Source: Saprolegnia diclina VS20 (Eukaryota). Taken from it: a stretch of DNA of 64,000 bases. Position numbers and translations under genes: made by a program. The DNA lies in contig NW_008246070.1 in the NCBI RefSeq assembly GCF_000281045.1, positions 1,100,193-1,164,192 of the forward strand, given 5' to 3'. The notes under the pieces were generated by a model. The model had not been told where the DNA came from. It saw nothing but the letters and a program-made list of their open reading frames with translations, and did not search any database. The stretch's first letter is position 1, and each line of letters begins with the position of its first letter. Below are positions 22,724-33,319 of the stretch, piece by piece.

Positions 22724-24120
22724 ATGCACCACCCGCCACGACCCCGCGTCGACCGCAGCCGCAGCACGCCCGACGTCCGCTTCGTCGGCCACGTCGTCCG
22801 CGAAGCCCCGCCCTGCGTCATGCGCTCGTCGACGCTTCCGGCGATCTCCGAGCCGCTCGATCCGGTCCATGTCTTCCTCGGCGGCGTACGTAGCGACACC
22901 CAATTGGCGATGCATGACAGCCTCATGATCGTCGCCGCCTACTAGTCATGCAACCCCACGCGCTGGCGCCGCGACGTCGCGATACCGATGCTAGACGAAG
23001 CTGGCGTGTCGTACTACAACCCGCAGGTCGATGAGTGGCACGAAGGGCTCATGGACCTCGAGGCGCAAGCCAAAGAGACAGGTACGGTGCTAACCGCACC
23101 TAATGCATCAACTACTTCTTGTCTAGCCACCATGGTGTTGTTTGTCATTGACAACCTCACGCGCGCGATTGTCTCGATCAACGAGGCGGCCGAGTACATG
23201 TGCTGCGGCCGGCGGGTCGTGCTCGTCGTCCTGGACATGGAAGACGGCGTTCACATCGGCAACAAGGCGCTCACCGAGTACGAGATCGCCGACTTGAACG
23301 CAGCGCGCGCGTGCTTGCGCCAGCACGTTTCGATGTACCCGCTCGTCAAGCTCTTCAAGTCCCTTGAGGAAGCTGTGACGTACGTCATCTCGGAAGACCG
23401 CCTCGCCCCGCTCACGACCAACAAGGGCAATTCGCGCGTCCGGCCTAACCGCCTCCGGAAGCGATCGTCGCTCGTGCTGAGTCAGTGGCCCAAGAAGCCG
23501 CTGAATTCAAAGGTCTTTATGCGGTCGTGTTCGAGCAGCTCGATCATCGAGAGCGGAAGCAGCTCCGAAGACGAAGGCGACGCCGAGTCACCGCCCACCA
23601 ACCCGGCGCCGGTCAAGGAGTCGAGCCAGCGCTACATCTACCTCGGCGGGAACCTCCGCCACACGTCATGGCGCGCAAGTACCGCGATCCCGATGCTGCA
23701 AAAGGCGCTCGTGCCATACTACAGTCCCAGCGGCGACTTTCTCTGGGTCGCCAACGGCATCGAACACAAGTCGGACAAGAACATGAAGCACTCGGCCGAT
23801 CTCATTTTGATTGTGATCCCCAACAACTGCCGGTCGATCGCGTCGATGACCGACGCGCTCCTCCTCATCTGCAGGTATAGTTTTCCTACAAGGCAGATTC
23901 GACTTGAACGCTATGGCGTAGCGAGCGCGCGGTGTTGCTCGTGATCGAGCCCATGGTCGAAGGCACTTCGATGGAAGACGGCACGACGCCCATCGGCCGC
24001 GAGTTCCAGGACCTCCATCGCGCCCGCGCGTACCTCACCGAGACGGCCCGCCGCCACGACACCCACATCTTTGACGACGTGGCATCGGCCATCGACTTCA
24101 TCCTGACCTACCACCACTAA
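22724..24120 (+). CDS. Raw/OLRN-1-like protein with two nucleoside 2-deoxyribosyltransferase-like domains; 4 exons
   Basis: Spliced VFLGG|SCNPTRWRRDVAIPMLDEAGVSYYNPQVDEW...LFVIDNLTRAIVSINEAAEY; second repeat IYLGGNLRHTSWRASTAIPML...YYSP; C-terminal DLHRARAYL. Confidence 0.8.
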
Positions 24121-24485
24121 GATCGTATTGGTCCGTCAGGGTTTAGGACTAGGTTCTTAAGTGTAGCTTGCTAAATGCACAGTATTGGTAGATACTGTAC
24201 GGCTTTTCAAACGTTATCGGTCGCCTTGGAGACGTAGAATGTATCAACTGCAACGGGTTTGCGTCCGTCGAGCATCGCTCTCGCGCTGGCGGTGCAAGTA
24301 CGATCTGCGACACTCGAGTCTTTTACCTTAAGCCGGGTCGCAAGATCAGGACAGCCGAAGAAAGAGCCAACGGTGAAGCACTGCCATTTCATAATTACAT
24401 GAAGAAGTCGCAGCCAGCGCCGTTGCGACAAAACCAAGATCGCCATCCGCATCGATGGCTATCCTAATTAGGCCGTGAGCCCAAA

Positions 24486-25595
24486 ATGAAACGCTTCAAA
24501 TCGGATTGCACGATGGCGACGGCGCGCGTGCTGAGCTTGAACGTCTTCATGCGCCCGCCGGGGATCGCGGGTCGCGGTGGTGACCACAAGGACCTGCGCT
24601 TGCGCTTCCTCAAGCAGAAGATCGCCGACTACGACATTGTGTGTCTCCAGGAGCTCTTCGTCGGCGGCTCGGGGCGGCAACCCGACCTCGTTCGCTACGC
24701 CACGCAGTGCGGCCTGGCGCACCACGCCGGCTCGGTCTACCCATCTCTCTGGAGCCGCCAGCTTATGGACGGCGGCCTCTTGATTCTCTCCCGGTACCCG
24801 ATCGTTCGCCATGACCAGTGGGTCTTTACGCAAGGGCGCGGCAGCGACGGCATCTGTGCCAAGGGCGTTGTGTACGCGCAGCTCCAAGTCGACGCTTCGT
24901 CGACGCTGCATGTCTTCACGACGCACACGCAGGCTGGCGAAGACGAAGCCGCGACTGCGATTCGCATGCACCAGCTGCGCGAACTCGCGGCCTTTGTGCA
25001 TGCCACCTGCGCCTCGGTCGTGGACGACCCTATTCTCGTCGCGGGCGATTTCAACTTGGACGCACGCCACGACCCGATCTTCTCCCCGTCTTGCCATGCA
25101 CCTCGCTTCCAACGATGCAAGGAAAGCGCCATGTACACGGCGCTTTGTGACATGCTCGAGCAACGCCGTTGGACGCTCGTCGACGCGCTGCCGCAGCACA
25201 GCGTCACGAACGGCAACGGCCATGGCTGCCTCCGCCATACGATGACCGATGAAGACGTGGATCGAACGGGCAAATGCATCGACTACATCTTTCTTTTGCA
25301 GTCCCCGACGTGTCCGAGGAGAGTGGCTATCGCCTCCGCGGCCGTCGACCCGTGCATGATCTCGGACTCTCAGGATGGGAGATGGCCGTTCTCCCACCTC
25401 TCAGACCACTGGGGGCTCGTGGCTACATTGCAGTTTCCCGCCTCCTCAACCCTAAACACCGCCACTGCCGTTTCGATGTCGGTGCATCAGGCGTACCCGC
25501 AGCCGCGCGCATGGCTCCTCAAGGCGGCGTCCGTGCTGCTTCTACTCGGTGGTGCCTGCCTGTGCACCGCCACTTTGGCCGCCCGACTTGCATAA
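24486..25595 (+). CDS. Endonuclease/exonuclease/phosphatase family; neutral sphingomyelinase/IPC phospholipase C-like, with C-terminal TM
   Basis: VLSLNVF, DIVCLQELF, DGGLLILSRYPI, KGVVYA, THTQA, AGDFN, IDYIF, LSDHWGL; hydrophobic C-terminus. Confidence 0.88.
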   Translation: MKRFKSDCTMATARVLSLNVFMRPPGIAGRGGDHKDLRLRFLKQKIADYDIVCLQELFVGGSGRQPDLVRYATQCGLAHHAGSVYPSLWSRQLMDGGLLILSRYPIVRHDQWVFTQGRGSDGICAKGVVYAQLQVDASSTLHVFTTHTQAGEDEAATAIRMHQLRELAAFVHATCASVVDDPILVAGDFNLDARHDPIFSPSCHAPRFQRCKESAMYTALCDMLEQRRWTLVDALPQHSVTNGNGHGCLRHTMTDEDVDRTGKCIDYIFLLQSPTCPRRVAIASAAVDPCMISDSQDGRWPFSHLSDHWGLVATLQFPASSTLNTATAVSMSVHQAYPQPRAWLLKAASVLLLLGGACLCTATLAARLA

Positions 25596-25715
25596 TCAAA
25601 ACGAGTTGTGAGTCTTTGATTCATAGTACGCTACGTAAGAGCTTTTGGGACTGCGCCGGCTTGAGCTTTGTGAGCGACCGCAGCGACGGTGTACTCAACG
25701 CGCCGTTGAGGGACG

Positions 25716-27489
25716 TTAGCACGTCATGGCGCGTTGGTCTAGGCAGTAATCACCGTCACTTCTACAGAAGTAGAACTCGATTTGCTCGTACATGGGCGCG
25801 GTCGCACAGCGGTCCAGCGGTCGCAACCCGTCGGGGACCGGCGATAAGGCGGCCATTGACGCACTCCATATCTCCCGCGGATCAAAGCTCATGGGCGCTT
25901 CCATCGCTCGCGTTTGAAGCGAGCTCCGGCGACGTGCCGGCGTCAACGAGAGAACCGGTAAATCGTCGGCGAAGTCCCCGCCGCTCTCCGGGGGTCTAGG
26001 CACGATAAGATTCGTTTTGTCAAGTGCTCGCGTACAGAGCCGTCGTCATGGCGAGGCGGCAGCGCGTCTTCCACTTGCCACAACGTTTCTAGCAGACGTG
26101 TCGCATAGTTCTTAGCCACAGCTTCATCCAAACCTGTGCGATTTCGAGCTGCACTTTGAGCTGCCGGTTCTCTTGCTTGATCTCCTGCAGGACATTCTCG
26201 ATGAATCTCTTTGATAGCAATGTACGAACCTCGATTGTCATGGTGAATTGACTGGTTGTTTCTTGTGTTTTCTCAGTCAACTCCTAATTTCACACTCTGT
26301 CGTCAAATTTCGAGATACCAAGAAGTACGAGAAGAGCTTTTGCGGCTTTCTTGTCGGCCGCAAGTTGTGCTGTCTTGAGGCTTGAAATCTTACATTTGGT
26401 GTTGGCGCTGTCGCTGTTTCGTACGCCATTGTCGTACCTCTTTGAGCCGCAACGAGCTGCCTTTTTCCAAAATTTCATTTTCAACTTTCTACAAAAAGAA
26501 CATTTGAGATGACTCCGATTGCATTTGCCCAATTCAACCATTTTGTGAAATTGATCGGCTTGGGCTTTGAAGCGGAGCATGAGGTTCTCAACACCAATGC
26601 TCTGCATCTGAAGCTCGTCTTTGAGCTTGGCGTTCGCGACCAGCGCATTCTAGAAACCAACATCATTGGGTTGATGGGCAACGCTCTCGAATATCGACCT
26701 TGCTCTCCTCGGCCATCGCGTTGTAGGCCTTCTTGAGGTACTGCGCATCGAGTTCTTGGAGTGATTTCCGAAACGTCTAGCGCCATTTGTTGCCAAAACG
26801 AGCGACCACAAATCTGCAGCGTACCTGCTCGAGTGCCATCTTGTGATTGAACATGTCGAGGCGCATAGCATGAATCTCTTCTACGTGAATCTACGGGCGT
26901 GGTGCAGCGTCCTTCACAGCCAAAGGACCTTGTTTTCATCGGCGAGTTCTTGCACAAGCTCGTCGACGCGCGATCGCAACGTCGCGTTGGCCGCGTCCAG
27001 CGTGCAGCAAGCTTCCATGCGCACTTGGTAGTCACAGAGCTTAGCATTGAGCACCTACGACATACACATTTTGTTCTGCATCAAATACCTTTTCAGTTGA
27101 AAGGACCTCGATGAGGTGGTCGGTCTCTTGCTTCTGCGTCACTTCCTTGTCCTTCATGACTTGCACGATGGCCTCGTGCTTTTCGATTTCGTTGGCGAGC
27201 GCGACTTCCATCGCTTGGAGCTGCTCGTGTTTGATCTGGTTTTCGCGCGTGAGGCGGTCGATGAGCTTGGCTTCTTCGCGGAGCTGGGCCTCGGCCTCCT
27301 CAAGCCGCCGCGCCAGGTCACTCGCCGTGCACCTTTTGGCTCAGGAACCCACATTCGAATGCAATACGAGAGAGGAAGGGCAGGCAGAAAGGATATTCGC
27401 CGGCCTCGTTGCCCGCCTTCTTCTTCTTGCCTCTAGCATGCGTCCATGAGCCAGCATCCGTCGACAGCGTTGTACTTTTTAGGGGGCAT
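25716..27489 (-). CDS. Multi-exon coiled-coil protein, CFAP157/BBOF1-like ciliary candidate (3' end and one splice junction uncertain)
   Basis: Spliced start MPPKK|GKKKKAG; exons read ...HKMALEQ|TFRKSLQELDAQYLKKAYNAMAEESK|NALVANAKLKDELQMQS, reminiscent of the CFAP157 coiled coil. Confidence 0.55.
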
Positions 27490-27553
27490 GGCCAAAAATG
27501 ACGCTAAAATTAACTTGCCATTATTGCCTTTCGCTATACACAACGGTTGCCAA

Positions 27554-29682
27554 CTACTGAATCGCACAGCGCAACCACGACGACCGCGTCAAGTGGTTGG
27601 GGCTGTTCTTCTCCGGGAGGTCTTCCGCGAGGTGGTCGCGGCCCTTGCGGAAGGCCTTGACGTTGTTCACGTTGCGACTCTTGACCTTGAGCGCCGCTTC
27701 CTTGTGCGTCTGGAGGTACAACTCCAGCTCTCGGAGCGCCTTTTGCGTTTCTGTCTGGGCCTGGACGGCAAACTCGTCCGTGGAGATGAGCGTCGTGTAC
27801 GTGCCCGGCGTCTACCCATGTAAACATATTGCAAAAACAACAATTAAGAACTATCGTACCTCCGAGTAGTACCAAAAGTAGAGCACCTTGTACAAGGCTT
27901 GGAGCACCGACGAGAGGAGCGCCAAGAGCACCACCACGCACGACATGCTCGTCGACGACGTGCTCTGCAGAAGCAGCATCACGCCAAACGCCTGGAGGCA
28001 GTACGCAAGGTGCTGCTGCGAACTCGGCAGCGCCAAATCCTACGGTATTCACACCCTGTTGGCACCGAATCAAATGTACTAAAACCTGCGTACCTCGAGC
28101 TCCATGCGACGAATATCGTCCAGGACGTCGTCGTCGTCGTGCTTGTCGGGGTTCGTGTCCATGGTCGTAATCGTCGCGAGCGCCGCCTCGCCGGGCGCCC
28201 ACCACTGGAACCACCACACCATGATGCAGCCCATGAGCCCGAAAAAGAAGAAGTAGAGCTTCCCGAGGTGCGGGACGCCCATGACGCTCTCACTGAGCCA
28301 AAACTGAAAGAGCAAGTCGAGCGCCTACGCACAGGTGAGCGATATTTGCAGCTGGAGGTGTGCATCCTACGTAGCGCATGGCGCGGTAGATGGTCGGGAG
28401 CAGCACGAGGCCGGTCACAGGAAACGCCATCGTCGTAAACAGCGACGCGCTTTGGAGAAAGCTGCCGCCGGGCAGCAAGCGCGCAGTGTTTTGCGCCTGC
28501 TTGTACATTTGGTACAAGAGGAGCGCAATCGAGCACACAATGCCAATGGCCGCGCCCAGCGCGTAGTGGAAGACGCGGTACGTCGCCAGCGTCTCGGACG
28601 AAAAGTAGACAAGGAGCCCGAGCAGCAGGTTCTGCGCAAACGCCAAGTCGACATCTACACAGCAAATATATGCCTCTAGTCGATAGGACCGATGAGGGAG
28701 GTGTGCGTACAGGCCTTGGTCTCGAGCGTAAACTTGACTTGGGCGTTGGCGAGCAGGATACCCGACGTCGGGCCGTGCACCGTGATGCAAGGAAACTCAT
28801 ACGGACTCTTCTTGATAAAGCATTCGTCGGTCGAGCTGTCGCAGGGCAGCTCACAGCCGCCACGACAGCCCTCGCAGTACGACGCTACAGCGTGTATCAG
28901 CACAGTGTTTGGCAGAAGAACGCCAAACGTACCGATATATTGGCCGAACAGGTTCAGGATGTACTGCAGCTTTTCCGAAACGTGTTCTTGCAAATACGGT
29001 GTAAGGTCGAGGTTTTCGTAAATTTGGCACGGCGTCGAGATGGGACTGCAAGACGATTGGGACGGGGATCACCATGGCGTGGGGTAGTACCTCGTGTACG
29101 ACAGTTGAAGCTGGTCGCGCGCTTTACTCGTGAGCTTGATGCGCAGGTCGCTCCATGTCCAGAGGAACGAACGGATCGGCGGCACGAGTTCCTACATGGC
29201 TGCATTCGCGGATCGCGCAAGAGTAGCATTAGCATACCTGGAGCTGCGTGATGTAGGCAGCGGCCATATCAGCAACGATGCGCGCTTCTTCGTATTGTCC
29301 AAGCCACTGGACAACGTATGGCTGCGACGGGCTAGGGACGTGTAAAGAAAGGCTTGGTGAGGCAGCATTATGGACCTCGTCAATGGCTCCATGCGGAAGC
29401 TCAGCGTCGCGTTCGGGTAGAAGCAATACGTCTTCTTCTCGCCATACTTGGTAAACTGGTAGCGGTAGACGTCGCCGTCGTCAAACCACGTCACGTTCGT
29501 GTTGGACGGCGAAGCCTCGGCCGCGCCCATCCAGTCTTCTTCCCACGAAGCATCTACACGCAAGAGGAGTTTGCATGAGCCTCGCCGGGAAAGGAGCATG
29601 TACATGTCGGAGCGACGGCGCTGTAGTACGTCAAGCCGGCAGAGGCCATGACGAGAAGCGGCAAGAGCGCTTGGGTCAGCAT
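27554..29682 (-). CDS. NEMP1: Nuclear envelope integral membrane protein (NEMP/TMEM194, DUF2215); multi-exon
   Basis: Signal peptide MLTQALLPLLVMASAG; LLLGLLVYFSSETLATYRVFHYALGAAIGIVCSIALLLY; C-terminal LISTDEFAVQAQTETQKALRELELY and KAFRKGRDHL match NEMP region B; ends CAIQ*. Confidence 0.8.
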
Positions 29683-30264
29683 TGGACTTCTTGCGCTCGC
29701 GCTGCTTGAGCAAAATGTGAATTTTGAATTCGCCCAACCAAGTGGTTTAAAATACGGCTCGACCATTGGTTGAAATAGGATCCTTTTCCGCAGGCTTTCG
29801 ACCAATGAATAGAGGCGATCGGCACAGGCGGTTGGGCAGGCCGCATCTTTGCGATCTTCCAGCGCCCCTTCTCACGCGTCCAAAGCTGTCATCGTTGTGC
29901 AAGAACCAGTCGTGCGAGGTACTTGTACGCTGCAGGAGCAATGGTAGAGTGACGTGTGGCAACTGTTCGACCTGCTACGGGACAGAACCTAGCGGCAAAT
30001 GAATTGCGTGCGTCCTACCAGCAGTCATTTGAGGTGAACCATGAAGGCGACGACAACGTTGCAATAATGTTTGCCAGGGCTTTTCCACAAATCACCTCGC
30101 TCTCACGTCTCGTGTGTCCAGGTGTGAGTCTGGGTGTGAGTTGTATTTGATAGTGCAACTCTGGCAGCAGCTCGGTTAACGTGCAAGTAAACAGCGAATT
30201 GCTTGTCGACCTTACTAGGAGTACAAAAGACAATATTGTCATTCGCGTTACGAGTTGTACATTT

Positions 30265-30978
30265 CTACACGAGGACACGACCATACTCGGCATGGGTTCT
30301 CTTGTACAATTGGCAGAGCCGAACAAGTTGTTTACCTGGTGGCGCGAGTTTGGGCATTGCAATGGTTTCAGCCGAAAGAAGCGTCTCGACGATATTTACG
30401 CTGTGTGCGATATCATTCGAGTCCTGCTGAAGTACCGAGCCAGCATGGCGGAGGGTGTGATTGGTTGCCAGAAAGCACGTCATCGCCTTCTCAAGCTTGG
30501 CCACGATCGCCACGCACTCGCTGGACGAGTGGAAACCTCTGGTGTGAAAAGCCTCGAGGATTTTAAGGCGGAACCTCAAGAGGCCCCCGATGGCGCTGTT
30601 GAAGGCCTGCCGTTCGGACTCGATGTTGCAAATGACAGCCTTAACCATCGCTAGTGCATCTTCAAGAGGCGGGGTTGTTAACGCTAGCAACCGACCTTTA
30701 TCGGCCTCTGTTTTGGCCGTGAGGAAGCCACCGAGGGATTTGATGACGTCGTCACACCATGCCGACGATAACGAGGTCAGACTTCGGTGAGTCTCCAGTC
30801 CGCGCAGTGTGGATTCGTAAATCTCGTCGAGGTGCTTGCGCGCTGGCAAGGCAAGGTGCTTTTTGTCTTCGAGGAGTGCGAGCATGCATTCTCTGCAGCC
30901 GCTCCAGCCGGCCGACCACGCGACGTCATCATGAAATCGGATGCGGCGTCGACGGCACTGGCTTGGCGTCGGAGGCAC
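30265..30978 (-). CDS. Hypothetical protein
   Basis: 237-aa ORF starting MPPTPSQC with helical character and weaker codon bias; may continue 3' through introns. Confidence 0.4.
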   Translation of the reverse strand: MPPTPSQCRRRRIRFHDDVAWSAGWSGCRECMLALLEDKKHLALPARKHLDEIYESTLRGLETHRSLTSLSSAWCDDVIKSLGGFLTAKTEADKGRLLALTTPPLEDALAMVKAVICNIESERQAFNSAIGGLLRFRLKILEAFHTRGFHSSSECVAIVAKLEKAMTCFLATNHTLRHAGSVLQQDSNDIAHSVNIVETLLSAETIAMPKLAPPGKQLVRLCQLYKRTHAEYGRVLV

Positions 30979-31371
30979 TCATGGCAAATTCAAAAGTGAT
31001 CATCGATGCATCCGACTGCTTCCGTTGCATAAATTATCAACTTGATAATGTTGTTCTATCAAGTGCTTTATACAAGTTTGGACCAATCGCAAGTGCCTTC
31101 ACAACGCCCCCGCACTCCAAGCAATAAGATTCCTACACAGCACCACAAAATACCTCAGTGCGTCTTGACCTTCGCAAACGACCTTGGACGGCTACACACC
31201 AAACATAATCATCCTCGTTGGCGCCGACCAATATACATGATACTAGAGATATCTTCTTGAGCTGTTTTCAGAGTGAAAGTGTCCTTTCCAACGGACGTAC
31301 TGTCCGTTGGAAGGAACGTCTATTAAAATATTAGTCACTGCGTAGGCAGTGGGCGTCTATAGGAGGCTAAG

Positions 31372-32850
31372 CTACTTGCAGAGAACCGCCGAGACGAGCA
31401 TGCGAAACGGGTTGGACGCATCCGAGTCGGACGTGTCCTCGCCCGAGTCTTCGTCTTCAGTCGCGGCGATGCCTTGGGCGACCGACTCCTTGAGCACAGT
31501 CTCTTGCAGTCGCTGCCACGAGTAGCCGCTCGGGCGGCGGCTCTCGGCAGCGGCTTCATCTTTCTGGTTGCGGCTCGGCGAGTCGGCCTTGACGGGCTCT
31601 TCGGTTGCGCGAATTTCTTCGGCTTTCATATCGACGTCATCTTCGTCGTCCATGTCGTCGTACGCCTCGACCGAGATCTTGCCGACAACGACACGGTCCC
31701 CGAGGCGTGCGTCGCCGTTGCGACCGCCGTGGGCAAAGCAGAAGCCGCCCTTGCGCGCCGTCGTCGAGCAACCAGGTACGATGCAGCGCTTCCCGCCGCC
31801 GTGCGCGATGCACTTGCCGCGGCTCACGGCGCTGTTACCGCAGCCGTCCGAGTTGCACTTGCGACCGCCGCCATGGGCCTTGCAGAGACCCATGCGTTGC
31901 GCGCTGCTGCGACACGACTCGACCATGCAGCGCTTACCACCGCCGTGCGCAATGCAGAGACCGCCCGTTTTGGCGCTGCTCTTACAATCGGCAATACTGC
32001 AGCGCTTGCCACCGCCATGCGCGCGGCAGAGCTCGCCCGAGACCGCCGAGCTCTTGCAGCCGTCAACCTTGCAGCGATGGCCGCCGCCGTGCGCGATACA
32101 GTACCCGCCTTTCTTGGCGCTGGAGCTGCACCCGCCCATTTGACACCGACCACCGCCGCCGTGGACGTAGCAGAGGCCTCGGCTCTGAGCGCTGCTCATG
32201 CACCCGTCCATTTTGCAGCGACGGCCGCCGCCATGAGCGCGGCACAGCCCCGCCGACGCGACGTGCTTGTTGCAGCCGTCGGCTTTGCACTTGCGACCGC
32301 CGCCATGCAAGACGCAGAGGCCTCTTGAGACGGCACTCGACGCGCATTGATCGTACCGGCAGCGACGACCGCCGCCGTGCGCCACACACTTGCCACCCGA
32401 GACGACATGCTTGGTGCAGCCGTCGTGGCGGCAGCGCGTGCCGCCACCGTGGGCGGGGCAGAGGCCGCGGGACCGCGCGCTGTTCTCACATCCGGCAAAC
32501 TTGCATTTCTTGCCGCCGCCGTGCGTAATGCAAAAGCCACCGCCGACCGCGCTGCTTTGGCAGTCGGCGGCTTGGCAGCGCCGACCACCGCCATGCGCGA
32601 TGCAGAGGCCGCCGCGCTTGGCGCCCCGCGGGCAGTCGTCGACCGAGCACTTCTTGGCGCTGTTGAGCGTCAAGTTGCCAAACGAGTCGACTTCGGGCTC
32701 GACGTCTTCGTCGACCTCCGAGTCGGAGCTGTAGTAGTCGACGTCGATCATCTCGTCGTCCTCGTCGTCATAGTCGTCATGAGTCTCGTCGTGCATGACG
32801 ACGTCCTTCGTCGGCGACGGCAGCTGGTTGTTGCTGCTGCTCTCGGCCAT
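31372..32850 (-). CDS. WRKY19-like zinc-finger repeat protein (13 x C-x4-C-x9-C-x2-HGGG)
   Basis: Thirteen tandem 24-aa repeats (e.g. CSIADCKSSAKTGGLCIAHGGGKR) flanked by acidic regions; a family common in oomycetes. Confidence 0.9.
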   Translation of the reverse strand: MAESSSNNQLPSPTKDVVMHDETHDDYDDEDDEMIDVDYYSSDSEVDEDVEPEVDSFGNLTLNSAKKCSVDDCPRGAKRGGLCIAHGGGRRCQAADCQSSAVGGGFCITHGGGKKCKFAGCENSARSRGLCPAHGGGTRCRHDGCTKHVVSGGKCVAHGGGRRCRYDQCASSAVSRGLCVLHGGGRKCKADGCNKHVASAGLCRAHGGGRRCKMDGCMSSAQSRGLCYVHGGGGRCQMGGCSSSAKKGGYCIAHGGGHRCKVDGCKSSAVSGELCRAHGGGKRCSIADCKSSAKTGGLCIAHGGGKRCMVESCRSSAQRMGLCKAHGGGRKCNSDGCGNSAVSRGKCIAHGGGKRCIVPGCSTTARKGGFCFAHGGRNGDARLGDRVVVGKISVEAYDDMDDEDDVDMKAEEIRATEEPVKADSPSRNQKDEAAAESRRPSGYSWQRLQETVLKESVAQGIAATEDEDSGEDTSDSDASNPFRMLVSAVLCK

Positions 32851-33319
32851 GACCGCGGATATCTGAAAATGAATGTCGACCTCCGCCGCAGCGCGCCGCA
32901 GCGTTCGTTGGCGAAACCCCCGAAACAACCGATTGGCGCGACAATTAAATTCTATACAAACGCCAAGCTATTGCATCAAATAAAATGCTGTGCTTGTGGG
33001 TTTCGATATCTTCTGAAAGGCCACGCCCAAGCGGCGTCCCATACAAACATCCTGTGTAAAAGGAGGGGTGAGTGCTATACGTGGCGTTTCGGCGCCGAAT
33101 AACAAGAAAGGACGGACCAATCAATGGCGTTGGAACCGAAGATGGATCGCCACCGGATCGAACGTCCCGCGCGCTATCTTTCGATTCTTTGACCTTGATT
33201 GTACGGCTGCATACAAACAAGAAGACGTACACCGTGCATGAGTCTGCATTCGTACAAGGTACATTACCGCGGCGGCACGGCAGGAGGCAAAACGCGCGCG
33301 TCGAGTACCTCGCGACTAA

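Noticed and set aside
27545..27553. TGGCAAC half X-box near ciliary candidate genes (also about 42675)
   Set aside because: The same short motif occurs near non-ciliary genes (about 29957, 52612), so it is not specific.
8791..29682. Functional cluster of FTase-beta with the CaaX-bearing NEMP
   Set aside because: About 17 kb apart with many unrelated genes in between; no evidence of co-regulation.
31720..32655. 72-bp periodic repeats superficially like a CRISPR array
   Set aside because: They are in-frame protein repeats with synonymous variation in a eukaryotic gene; no cas genes.
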